This document shows positions 26,325-35,183 of a stretch of 64,000 nucleotides of DNA, in pieces; position 1 is the first letter of the stretch, and every line of letters begins with the position of its first letter. A program made the translations under genes and the position numbers. Origin of the DNA: a virus. The stretch lies in the IMG/VR virus record IMGVR_UViG_3300032397_000001; one strand, given 5' to 3'. The notes beneath the pieces were generated by a model. The model was not told the DNA's origin, did not search any database, and saw nothing but the letters and a program-made list of their open reading frames with translations.

Positions 26325-27526
26325 TGGAGAACTTGTACGGTTACATTTTAAAGTGTTGCTCTAATGTCAAGTTTGTGAAAGTTCGTCTTGATGTTCCTCT
26401 TTTAAGAAAATATCGACATACAGAGATGAAACTCCTTGCTCGTCGGGCTGAACGGTTATGCGTCAAACCAAGTGAAGATCCTACAAGATTGATAGAGCAT
26501 ATTGACTTGTATGCTAAAGTTAATAATATTGATTTGTTTGGTGGAGAGTCTGGGAAGAAGTATGACACATTGTTTTTAGATACAGATTTCGCTGATTCAA
26601 GTGCCGGCTGTTATCGAAAACTGAAGAATAGAGTTGAACAAGTCTCTTTGGTAGATGAAAAAGTTTTATCTATTGTTTCTAAGAGTGCATGCTCGGTTGT
26701 ATTCAAGACGAAAAGTCGAAGTTCCAACATTCGATATTCACCTATTCCAATTAAGTATTGCCCTATGTGGGTTAGAAAAGCTTTTTTCCCTGAACCAGAA
26801 AAATACATGTTTGTTTATTTCGATGTGGTAACTGCTGAGTTTGCACACCTTCTTATGTGTGTTAACTTTGATAAGTATTACCCCTTATATGAATCAAAAG
26901 ATATTTACAATTACATTCAACATGAGTTAGGGATAAATGCTCCACGAGATTTAGTAAAGCAGTTTTCGATGGCTATGATTTGTGGAGGTACATATAAGGT
27001 AGCACAAACACTTCTTAGGATGACTGTTGATCACGCCAAAGATACAGTGCAGTCATTTTGGGAGTTATTCCCTGACGTTCAGGAACATTTAGAACAAGTT
27101 TGGATGAAGGTTAAGTTAACCAGTCACGATTTAGAACTTTCGAATGGTTTAGCTTTAGTTTGGGTTAATAACTTTAAGCAAGAGGAAGATTTTGAGGTTT
27201 TCAGAAGGAAGATTTTGTCTACTTACGTTAGAGATTCATTTGTAGCTTACTTCGCTCGCTATATAAAAGGGCTACATCAAAGGATATCTCAATTACAATA
27301 TATCGATAAAAGATATCAAGGGTTTGCTTATCTTTGGGTTGATTGTGCTTTAATACCCATTCCTATAACAATCTCATTGAATAGAATACAACCTGTCTTT
27401 AATTGTGACGATCAAGTATTGAAATTAAAGATTACTAAAGGCAATGCATGGGGTGATGCGCAGGAGTCAAATGATTACTTAGTTACAATGACAGGAGGAG
27501 GAAAACATGTTATTGGGTGGACATGA
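26324..27526 (+). CDS. Divergent family A DNA polymerase-like domain (no exonuclease)
   Basis: VRKAFFP...FVYFDVVTAE (motif A), DIY...RDLVKQFSMAMICG (motif B-like), FWELFPDV, WVDCALI (motif C-like). Confidence 0.65.
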   Translation: MENLYGYILKCCSNVKFVKVRLDVPLLRKYRHTEMKLLARRAERLCVKPSEDPTRLIEHIDLYAKVNNIDLFGGESGKKYDTLFLDTDFADSSAGCYRKLKNRVEQVSLVDEKVLSIVSKSACSVVFKTKSRSSNIRYSPIPIKYCPMWVRKAFFPEPEKYMFVYFDVVTAEFAHLLMCVNFDKYYPLYESKDIYNYIQHELGINAPRDLVKQFSMAMICGGTYKVAQTLLRMTVDHAKDTVQSFWELFPDVQEHLEQVWMKVKLTSHDLELSNGLALVWVNNFKQEEDFEVFRRKILSTYVRDSFVAYFARYIKGLHQRISQLQYIDKRYQGFAYLWVDCALIPIPITISLNRIQPVFNCDDQVLKLKITKGNAWGDAQESNDYLVTMTGGGKHVIGWT

Positions 27527-28136
27527 GATTGCAAGACTTATCAGTGAAGGTGTTCCTGCACGATTCAAAATCGATGGAACGCAAGAGGAAAAAGATCTTA
27601 AGCTTGGTGATAACGAGAAAGGTTTACATTTATATCCTCTCATAAATAGCATTGACGAGAATGCTATTATTGAGGGCGCGTCATTTGATTTGCGTCTTGG
27701 AGGAGTCTTCTTGCATGAACCAACCAAGTATCGGCGTCTGTTAATCAATTCCCGCAACACTGGGAAGTATGATCCACTCAAGACAAGAACAATTGGAGAC
27801 GTTTCAGATTTATATATTCTGGAGCCCGAAAGGTACTATTTGGCATCAACAATCGAGTCTGTTAACTTACCTCTTTATCTGTTAGGAAGATTGGTTTCAC
27901 GAACAACATGCTTTCGTTCAGGTCTTCAGGTTTTGTGTTCTGATATTAACCCCAATTACTTTGGTACTCTAACAATAGGGCTAAAGAACCTTACAAACAC
28001 TTCTTTAATTATTCAGAGAGGATTTCGTATCGTTTCAATAGAGTTTTATATCATTCAGGGGAAGAGCAATCCTTACGTTGGTAATTGGCAGGGAGGCAAA
28101 GTTTCGACTGAAGGAGAATTTGATCCATCAAGATGA
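27507..28136 (+). CDS. dcd: dCTP deaminase
   Basis: ASFDLRLG, SRTTCFRSGL, INPNYFGTLTI, YVGNWQG. Confidence 0.85.
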   Translation: MLLGGHEIARLISEGVPARFKIDGTQEEKDLKLGDNEKGLHLYPLINSIDENAIIEGASFDLRLGGVFLHEPTKYRRLLINSRNTGKYDPLKTRTIGDVSDLYILEPERYYLASTIESVNLPLYLLGRLVSRTTCFRSGLQVLCSDINPNYFGTLTIGLKNLTNTSLIIQRGFRIVSIEFYIIQGKSNPYVGNWQGGKVSTEGEFDPSR

Positions 28137-28249
28137 AAGATTTAGTGATATATGAATGTCCTTATTATAAGGAAACTTGATATTGCGTTAGGAGGAATTA
28201 GATTGTTAATTGTTGCACGATTAACAAGTGGTTTAGAGGAAGATCTCGA

Positions 28250-28471
28250 ATGGCTACAAAAGTAACTGAAATGTTTGCGTTTATCGCTGAGGATGAAAAA
28301 GGAGATGAAGGTGTAATGGCTTTTCATACTCCTCAACAAGGATGGATGCCTTTAGTAGGCGCTGATATTGAAAGAGTCAGCTCATTGATTCCTTATGCGA
28401 AAAGAATGTCTCAAGGTAAACCGTATAAGATTCTTCATTTCAAGTTAATAGGTGAAGTTCCAGTCGCTTGA
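28250..28471 (+). CDS. Hypothetical phage protein
   Basis: 73 aa, DEGVMAF...WMPLVGAD; SD GAGG. Confidence 0.65.
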   Translation: MATKVTEMFAFIAEDEKGDEGVMAFHTPQQGWMPLVGADIERVSSLIPYAKRMSQGKPYKILHFKLIGEVPVA

Positions 28472-28483
28472 AAGGAGGCTGAT

Positions 28484-28684
28484 ATGTTTACACCAGAAGA
28501 GTTTACACCAGAAGAGCTGAAGGAAATCGAAGAATGGTGTGTTAGCGCTCTAGAGAATGTGTATATTCATGATGAGCTGAAAGGTATTCCAGAAGACGTT
28601 GCCACCGCTGTTGCGTCCGAATTTGATGAGTCGCCTGAAAAGGTAGCGACATTGCAATCTATTATCATCAAATGTCGTATATAG
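28484..28684 (+). CDS. Small acidic hypothetical protein
   Basis: SD AAAGGAGG; 15-bp tandem duplication encoding FTPEE twice. Confidence 0.65.
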   Translation: MFTPEEFTPEELKEIEEWCVSALENVYIHDELKGIPEDVATAVASEFDESPEKVATLQSIIIKCRI

Positions 28685-28700
28685 AAAAGGGATAAGTGCT

Positions 28701-29033
28701 ATGCGAGGATTTTTCCGTTTCATCTTTTTTCGTGATCATCCAGACGCAGTTAGTATTTGCTTAGCACTTCTTTGTTGGTGATTGGATAGGAAGATGACAT
28801 ATCTCATCGTAAGGTTAAAGAGATTCTTGAGATCCTTGATTGGGCAAGTGGATTGAGTTTACAAAAAAACACATGACTTCGAAGAGTTACAATACTTTCT
28901 GAAGAATCTGAAATCACCTCTGAAGGGTGAGGTTGATTAGTTACGTTTAGAGGATCGCATTCGTCAAGCCTTGCGTCGATACAAAGAGGGCTTACTAATG
29001 CAAACTACTCTCTTCCTAGACGCTAGGAGATGA
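28701..29033 (+). pseudogene. Possible decayed ~110-codon ORF with three in-frame stops
   Basis: ATG 28701; TGA 28779, TGA 28854, TAG 28938; ends in ATGA overlap with the next gene. Confidence 0.35.
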
Positions 29034-29416
29034 AACGGGAAGAGGATACGAAGTGGAGGATAAACATGAACGAGTACCAAGAAGCTCTAGTGAAGGCTAA
29101 ACGAGAAGGATTGTGTGAATACTATATTCGATCGTCTGGACACTTCTGTTGTAATAAAGGTATTGTTCAAGTCGATGGAAGGTGGTTTTGTAAGCGTCAT
29201 GATCCAACTGTTATGGAGCAACAAAGAGAGGAAAGGTTCAATAAGTTCAGAGATAAAATAGAAGATGAAAGAGCTCTTGATTTGATTTATAGATTTGCCC
29301 CCGAGTTATATAAAGCTTGTAGAGCGGCTTTGCGTGGAGATTATAGTAAAATAGAACTCGCGGTTGCCGTAGCAGAAGGACGAATTAGCCAGAATAGCTT
29401 GCCCCGTGATTTTTAA
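29030..29416 (+). CDS. Hypothetical protein with Cys/His cluster (WFCKRHDP)
   Basis: 128-aa ORF; alternative ATG at 29066 after GGAGG. Confidence 0.65.
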   Translation: MKREEDTKWRINMNEYQEALVKAKREGLCEYYIRSSGHFCCNKGIVQVDGRWFCKRHDPTVMEQQREERFNKFRDKIEDERALDLIYRFAPELYKACRAALRGDYSKIELAVAVAEGRISQNSLPRDF

Positions 29417-29434
29417 ATTAAGGTCATTTATAAT
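29400..29434 (+). promoter_or_regulatory. Phage promoter motif copy 4
   Basis: TGCCCC 29400-29405, GTGATT, TATAAT 29429-29434. Confidence 0.7.
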
Positions 29435-29659
29435 ATGTATATAATTGGCGCTCGATGGACTCCACAAAGAAACTTTTTGTGTATAGTATGTGATTGTGGC
29501 TATCACTTAGCACATCCCGCAGATCGGTGGACCGTCAAGTGCTATCATTGTGGTAAATGTGAACGTCTTTCAGTTTTGAGGGAAACTTATTATGCAGAAT
29601 GCAATTCAGATCGATCCTCAGGAGCAACGTCTGGAACAGGAATGCTTAGAATGGATTAA
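29435..29659 (+). CDS. Small zinc-ribbon protein
   Basis: CDCG...CYHCG. Confidence 0.55.
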   Translation: MYIIGARWTPQRNFLCIVCDCGYHLAHPADRWTVKCYHCGKCERLSVLRETYYAECNSDRSSGATSGTGMLRMD

Positions 29660-31910
29660 GGAACTTTCCAACTTAAACACTTTCAGTCAAGTTGATTCTC
29701 TTCTAAGACCTTCCTCATTGGAAATCATCTTCAGTTCCTGTCAAAGTAATATAATTGTTACATCTCCCGTGGGATCAGGGAAAACGATTGAAGCTGTACA
29801 TCACGCTATTAATTGTGCAAGGAAAGGGAAGACTGTAATCATCGCGTGTCCACGCACTATCATTTGCGAACAATATCATAATTTGTTGAGAAACGCTGGT
29901 GTCAGCTGTTATCGATACTACAGAAAACATAAAGGGTATGGACAAGGTATTAATATAGTTATATTCGAGCAGTCTCACAAAGTTTTTATGAAATTGTTGA
30001 TGAAAGATATTAAGGTCGACTTTCTTATCGTTGATGAATTTCACTTACTCGACAACGACAACCTATTTCGTTTCCTTCAGAATAATGAGACGAGAAATGT
30101 TATCAATCTTTGTACAAGCAAAGGTATACCTACAATTCTCCTATCAGCAACTCCGACACCGAAATCTCTTAACCGTTTGAGGGGCCTTTTTGAACATGTT
30201 CGGTTATCAACTCCAGCTACGAAAACATTAAAGCTTTATCCATCATTGAATCCTTTGTCTTCCCTCATAAAGATGATTTCGGATTCTATGGATCAACAGC
30301 GTGTCGTAGTGTTTAATGACAATTGCGGAATCAATGGAGAGTTAGCTGTTCTTTTCGCACAGAAAGGTAAACGAACTCTTTCTTTAAACAACAAGTCGAA
30401 AGACACTGTTCCTGATTCATTAGACTGGTCAGGGTATGATATAGTTTTTGCTACCAGTGTTTCAGGTGCAGGGTTCTCTGTTCAAGATGGTATTTCAACA
30501 CGTGTCATTGTAATGGCTGCACATGATGGAATTTTTTCAGTGGTTCAAAAGGCAGGGCGTTTACGTTCAAATGTTTCTGAATATTCTGTAATACTGTCCG
30601 CTCGAAGAAGTCCTTGGTATCGAAAAGCAGTTGATGGGTTTTGGGCTCCTGGAATATCTAATCCAAATATTGACAGCATTCCTCAAGGATGGGAAGCTAT
30701 GCCTATCAGCGAAGGAAAAGCAGTTAAACATTGGGTGTGTAAAGATATTGAAACTTACAAGCAGAAGATCATTCTCTTTGGGGTGTCATCCAACAATGAA
30801 ATTCGTTATGTGTATAATGATAGCTTTGCTGACTTTACAGGATTCTCCATCTCTAGTCCTTCACTTCAATATTTCAATTTTAACAAGATAGAACTCAATG
30901 TCTTTAGTAGCATATTCAGAGCTTTCCTAGAAAGTATGTATCCCAGATTCACTCATATCCCAAACAGTGTGCGTGATTTATATGCTGCTGCTTCACTACT
31001 TCACATGGCTCCAATAAAAGGAAAAGCCAAACCTGGTATAGATATTCTTTGTAATTACATCAATACAAAGTATCGTCTCGATACAGGCCTTATGGCTGAG
31101 GCAAGCAGAGAGTTTCGTGAAATATATCAATGCCCCAGTGCACTCGCTGCATATCAGGATGAAGTAGAACAGCTTGCCATTACTTTTATCCAAAGTAAAT
31201 TCTTTGATCAATTCTCTTTAGACCTTCCGAAAACGTTTGACGATCTACTCTCTCGATCATCACGGAAACGTAAAGCTGATTCAAGAACGGCTGATCTCTT
31301 AACCCAATTTATATATAGTAACATTTATCCAGATAAGAAGCTGAGTCTTGATCCCATTCCAAATGCTGCAGTTCAATTAGTGTCAAAGTTATTCAATATG
31401 TTTAATGAACAGATGAAGTCCCAACAAGATTTGGATCCAGTTGAATTGAGAAAATGGGGTATATATGAGAAGGTTATCAAGCGACCAGTGTTCGAAGATA
31501 CAACGATTGATACAGCTTACTTGAGAGAGTTTGTTTCTAAGCATATAACTAAAGGTTGGGATTGGATTTTTGGTGGTGAATACATTGCTTCTAATTTGCC
31601 ACCTGACTACGAAAATCGATTGTATATCGCTGTATCTCAAATCGTTCAACTGTTTGCTCCAAAGGTTAAGCGTCATAATGTTTGCTATGTAATCTCTAGA
31701 GAAAACTTTAATCGTTTCTCCGCAATGCTAGGGGAGATGATTTCTTTTAAGATACATTTTAATCTTTTAAAAAGTCATCTCCCCCACCTGTTCATGAGAG
31801 ACGCTTCGGAGATCTTTCTATGCCCAATCCTTTATTCTATTCTGAAAGAAGAGATGGATTTAATGTTTCAGATACGAGATTCAGCGAATTCTGTAGCAGT
31901 CAACTACTGA
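29592..31910 (+). CDS. SF2 helicase with long C-terminal extension (origin-binding-protein-like)
   Basis: SPVGSGKT, VDEFH, LSATP, ATSVSGAGFS, QKAGRLR. Confidence 0.8.
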   Translation: MQNAIQIDPQEQRLEQECLEWIKELSNLNTFSQVDSLLRPSSLEIIFSSCQSNIIVTSPVGSGKTIEAVHHAINCARKGKTVIIACPRTIICEQYHNLLRNAGVSCYRYYRKHKGYGQGINIVIFEQSHKVFMKLLMKDIKVDFLIVDEFHLLDNDNLFRFLQNNETRNVINLCTSKGIPTILLSATPTPKSLNRLRGLFEHVRLSTPATKTLKLYPSLNPLSSLIKMISDSMDQQRVVVFNDNCGINGELAVLFAQKGKRTLSLNNKSKDTVPDSLDWSGYDIVFATSVSGAGFSVQDGISTRVIVMAAHDGIFSVVQKAGRLRSNVSEYSVILSARRSPWYRKAVDGFWAPGISNPNIDSIPQGWEAMPISEGKAVKHWVCKDIETYKQKIILFGVSSNNEIRYVYNDSFADFTGFSISSPSLQYFNFNKIELNVFSSIFRAFLESMYPRFTHIPNSVRDLYAAASLLHMAPIKGKAKPGIDILCNYINTKYRLDTGLMAEASREFREIYQCPSALAAYQDEVEQLAITFIQSKFFDQFSLDLPKTFDDLLSRSSRKRKADSRTADLLTQFIYSNIYPDKKLSLDPIPNAAVQLVSKLFNMFNEQMKSQQDLDPVELRKWGIYEKVIKRPVFEDTTIDTAYLREFVSKHITKGWDWIFGGEYIASNLPPDYENRLYIAVSQIVQLFAPKVKRHNVCYVISRENFNRFSAMLGEMISFKIHFNLLKSHLPHLFMRDASEIFLCPILYSILKEEMDLMFQIRDSANSVAVNY

Positions 31911-31972
31911 AAAATACTATAATTGCCAATATCTCTAACATGTGTTTGTCTATTCCTCTGTGGAGAGAAGAG

Positions 31973-32095
31973 ATGAATCTGTTAAAGCTTGCTGTAAAAG
32001 TTTCTGGTGTGATTGGTGAATCTACTGCGACTGTGAAGAAGATTCTGAAGGCTCAGTGTTCTGATGAGCGACTTGAAGATCGAGTTCGCAAGTGA
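31973..32095 (+). CDS. 40-aa ORF resembling an HU/IHF N-terminal fragment
   Basis: MNLLKLAVKVSGVIGESTATVKKILKA; SD GGAG; GTGA overlap downstream. Confidence 0.35.
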   Translation: MNLLKLAVKVSGVIGESTATVKKILKAQCSDERLEDRVRK

Positions 32096-32586
32096 ATAAT
32101 ATATTGTTAGTTGTTTCTCTTATTTTTAACGTTGTATTGCTGCTTGCTATGGGTATTTTGTATGGGAGTTTGCGTAAGCGTAAAAGAGAATCAATGTCTT
32201 GCATTAAATGTACTGAACCACAACAAGGGCATCGTCCTTTAATAGATGATACTGTATTCTATACATTAGTGCAAATGTTTTATTCAACATTATTAAATGG
32301 TGCAACTGTTGAAGATTTACAGAAAGCGTCAATACTAGCACGTCTCAAGTATGAGATAAAATATTATCATACGTCTGAACTTGATCAATGTGTTCTTGTA
32401 GAGACGAGATATAATATGGACCAACAATTCAAAACAATTGTTGATGGAGTCTTGCGATTACTTGACAATGCTAGTTCTACGCCTTCGGAATTACGTTGTG
32501 CATTGTCTATGGCTGCGAATGAGTTTGAACAACATAGAGTAATGAGAATCATTGTTGATAAGAATGGAGAAATAAAAAGTGCATGA
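32092..32586 (+). CDS. Hypothetical protein with N-terminal TM helix
   Basis: Hydrophobic residues 4-25 followed by RKRKR. Confidence 0.65.
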   Translation: MNNILLVVSLIFNVVLLLAMGILYGSLRKRKRESMSCIKCTEPQQGHRPLIDDTVFYTLVQMFYSTLLNGATVEDLQKASILARLKYEIKYYHTSELDQCVLVETRYNMDQQFKTIVDGVLRLLDNASSTPSELRCALSMAANEFEQHRVMRIIVDKNGEIKSA

Positions 32587-32857
32587 AAAAAAGATTTTTT
32601 GGAGCCCATGGGACCTGATAGATTATGATCCCTCAAATATTGAACAGATTCAATCACAGTTTAAGTTTGAGTTAGTCATCGAGGGAGCTGGAGCTTATAC
32701 TGTGGCAAGGTCGCGGCTCCCACTAGGGTATTTCCTTCCGTTTAGATATCTTGATTGTGCCTTTTATGACAAATGCCTTCTGTTTGCTGAGGCTAATGGA
32801 TGGGAAACCTTTTTCTGTCCTGTCAAATGTATTCAATGTGAATTGAAAAAGAAATGA
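32579..32857 (+). CDS. Hypothetical Cys-rich protein
   Basis: CAFYDKC...CPVKCIQC. Confidence 0.6.
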   Translation: MHEKKIFWSPWDLIDYDPSNIEQIQSQFKFELVIEGAGAYTVARSRLPLGYFLPFRYLDCAFYDKCLLFAEANGWETFFCPVKCIQCELKKK

Positions 32858-33681
32858 ATTGTATTGTTGAAAGCTGTGAGCTTTGTGGTGGCTTTTGTTG
32901 TAGAGCTATCACTTTAGATATGGGTATTCGAGCTCCTCAATGCTTCAAGAAGATTAATGGTCTTCAAGCGTTGGGGAAGAATCCTTTCTTGCCTTTACAT
33001 GAACTAGTTTACCTTTCGAAAGATGTTCCAGTTGAATTTTATAGTTGTGATAAACTGAAGGATGGTTTATGCTCTTGTTATGATAATAGAATGGAGATGT
33101 GTAAACGATATCCTGTTTATCAGGGAATGGATCAATTGCTGCATTTCGTTTTCGTTGTTCCTTGGTGTCATTATAGAATGTATCGACTCATTTTAGAGAA
33201 TGAAGATTATGAATTCAAGACTTTACAAGAATGCTTAGATTTCTATAGTGATCCCAGTGAAGAGAGATGGTTTTCTGGAATAAGTCCTTTAGATTGCTAT
33301 AGGTTCAATAGTTTATATAAGCAGGTAAATCATTTTCCTTTAATCACCCCTAGTTCTGTTAATGATTGGTTTCTTCAGGAAGTTTTTAATGGGTATCTGG
33401 TTCACTTTATATATAGGTTTAAGCGGGCAACAATCAAATTGAGTTCTGCTAGAAATTCGTTTCACAAGGCATCGCTATTATGTTATAAGTATGGCCTCTC
33501 TCCTGAAGCCTTTTGGAATATAGCTAGTCTATATGGGCAGGTTAACAGAGTTCCTGGGCAGTTTCCTTTTCCTACTTATATAGCAGGAGAAGCATTTGAG
33601 GAATTCGTTATCAGTAGGTTAGATAAGCTTAGAGATAGGGAGACTTTGAAACATGGCAAGACTGACGAGGGAATATTATAA
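32854..33681 (+). CDS. YkgJ-like (CxxCxxxCC) cysteine-cluster domain fused to an unknown C-terminal domain
   Basis: CELCGGFCC...CDKLKDGLCSCYDNRMEMCKRYP. Confidence 0.75.
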   Translation: MNCIVESCELCGGFCCRAITLDMGIRAPQCFKKINGLQALGKNPFLPLHELVYLSKDVPVEFYSCDKLKDGLCSCYDNRMEMCKRYPVYQGMDQLLHFVFVVPWCHYRMYRLILENEDYEFKTLQECLDFYSDPSEERWFSGISPLDCYRFNSLYKQVNHFPLITPSSVNDWFLQEVFNGYLVHFIYRFKRATIKLSSARNSFHKASLLCYKYGLSPEAFWNIASLYGQVNRVPGQFPFPTYIAGEAFEEFVISRLDKLRDRETLKHGKTDEGIL

Positions 33682-33847
33682 TGCGATAAGAGATACGGCT
33701 CTGGGAGCTAACAAGAAATGGGTTGATGCTTTGTGTCCTAGGTGTGGTAAATGGCATAAAGCTAAAGTGTACTGGACAGGAAATACAACGCCAAAATTCT
33801 TTTGTAACTTTTGTAAGTTTATTAGAAGAGGGGTTTCTGAGTTGTGA
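33653..33847 (+). CDS. Small zinc-finger protein
   Basis: CPRC...FCNFC; SD GGAG. Confidence 0.65.
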   Translation: MARLTREYYNAIRDTALGANKKWVDALCPRCGKWHKAKVYWTGNTTPKFFCNFCKFIRRGVSEL

Positions 33848-34030
33848 TTTTAAACAATAGTCAAAAGAGAGCTCTTGAATATGTACGAAATACGAATGGT
33901 GGTGCATCAATAGAAAATTTCATTTGGAGAATTATGGTCTGATATCAAAGTACCTGGATGGGTAACTGTTGATAAGAACGGTAAAATTCGTCTTACTGAA
34001 GAGGGAAAAAGTCAACTTAAAAGAGGTTAA
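33844..34030 (+). pseudogene. Frameshifted small winged-helix-like gene
   Basis: GTGA-coupled frame MILNNSQKRALEYVRNTNGGASIENFI switches near 33925 to GELWSDIKVPGWVTVDKNGKIRLTEEGKSQL. Confidence 0.55.
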
Positions 34031-34035
34031 GTTTT

Positions 34036-34254
34036 ATGACTTTACCAAAGGAAACGATTCATACAGGTGCACCTAACAAGTGTCCAGATTGTGGTAAGAG
34101 ATTAGTAGAAGAGGTGCTTTATTCTCCTGCAGGATATTATATTGGTACACAGTGTTGTTGTGGCCCCTATAGCAGAGAGAGCTATTACTATATTTCACGA
34201 GAGACTGCTCAGAAAGACTTGGATGCGAGGACCGTTAAGTACAGAGAGTTGTAA
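34036..34254 (+). CDS. Hypothetical phage zinc-ribbon protein
   Basis: CPDCG...SPAGYYIGTQCCCGPYSRES. Confidence 0.7.
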   Translation: MTLPKETIHTGAPNKCPDCGKRLVEEVLYSPAGYYIGTQCCCGPYSRESYYYISRETAQKDLDARTVKYREL

Positions 34255-34303
34255 TAGATGGAGAGTTGTCGAAGATTTTCTTGATTGATGATCCTCCACG
34301 AGG

Positions 34304-34858
34304 ATGAAGATGCCAAGAATCTTGTGGGAAGAATATTTCCTTCTGCTAGCAAAGGTGGCTGCTCTTAGGAGTGGTTGTAACTCTCGTCCTAATGGCGCGA
34401 TTATAGTTAAGAATAAACGCATTTTAACGACAGGTTATAATGGCCCAATTCCTGGTCGATGGCATTGTACTGATCAAGGTTACGGATATTGTTATCGTAG
34501 GAGTCTTGGCATCCCTGATATTGATAAGTACAATTTCTGTCCTGCAATTCATGCCGAAGCTAATGCACTTAATCAAGCAGCTAGATTTGGAATTTCTGTA
34601 GATGGATCTGAGGTTTATTGTACTCTTGCCCCGTGTTATCCCTGTCTAAAGGATTTGGTTGCAGCAGGAATTAAGCGTGTGTATTTCGAGTCTGTATATG
34701 AAAGCAAAAATTTAGAGCGTGACACATTGTGGAATAAAGCATTGAAGGAATCAGGTGTTGAATGGAATCAGATTTCATTGTCTGAGGAAACTATTGAGCT
34801 TGCCTCTTCTTGGATGCATTCAATCACTTCGGTACGTAGATTAGCTCCTACGGATTAA
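34304..34858 (+). CDS. dCMP deaminase
   Basis: TGYNG, IHAEANA, PCYPC. Confidence 0.92.
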   Translation: MKMPRILWEEYFLLLAKVAALRSGCNSRPNGAIIVKNKRILTTGYNGPIPGRWHCTDQGYGYCYRRSLGIPDIDKYNFCPAIHAEANALNQAARFGISVDGSEVYCTLAPCYPCLKDLVAAGIKRVYFESVYESKNLERDTLWNKALKESGVEWNQISLSEETIELASSWMHSITSVRRLAPTD

Positions 34859-34862
34859 GTTT

Positions 34863-35183
34863 ATGGATGACACTGAATATTATCATTGGTTTCATTATAT
34901 TGTTACTTCAGGAATAGGTTGTGGCCTGATTCATCCTATTGAGTGGTGGTTGAATGCTTATCGTACTCCAGGTGGCACCTTGGATGATGGTTACTACCAA
35001 AAGATTGTGCAGGTAGCTTATCGTTACTTTAATGATATGTTCTCTTCTATTCATTTAAAGGATCCTGATGCTCAATCAGTTCGTGAATGGCTTGTTAGCT
35101 ATTATCAGGAAGATCACTTTTTCAAACGAAGTTTCGGTGCGATTTTGGTTGAGGCTTATGAAATGAAACATAATGGTTCCTAG
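34863..35183 (+). CDS. Hypothetical protein
   Basis: 106-aa ORF in the operon. Confidence 0.6.
   Translation: MDDTEYYHWFHYIVTSGIGCGLIHPIEWWLNAYRTPGGTLDDGYYQKIVQVAYRYFNDMFSSIHLKDPDAQSVREWLVSYYQEDHFFKRSFGAILVEAYEMKHNGS

Noticed and set aside
28486-28516. 15-bp tandem duplication (FTPEE twice)
   Set aside because: A single slippage-type duplication, not an array
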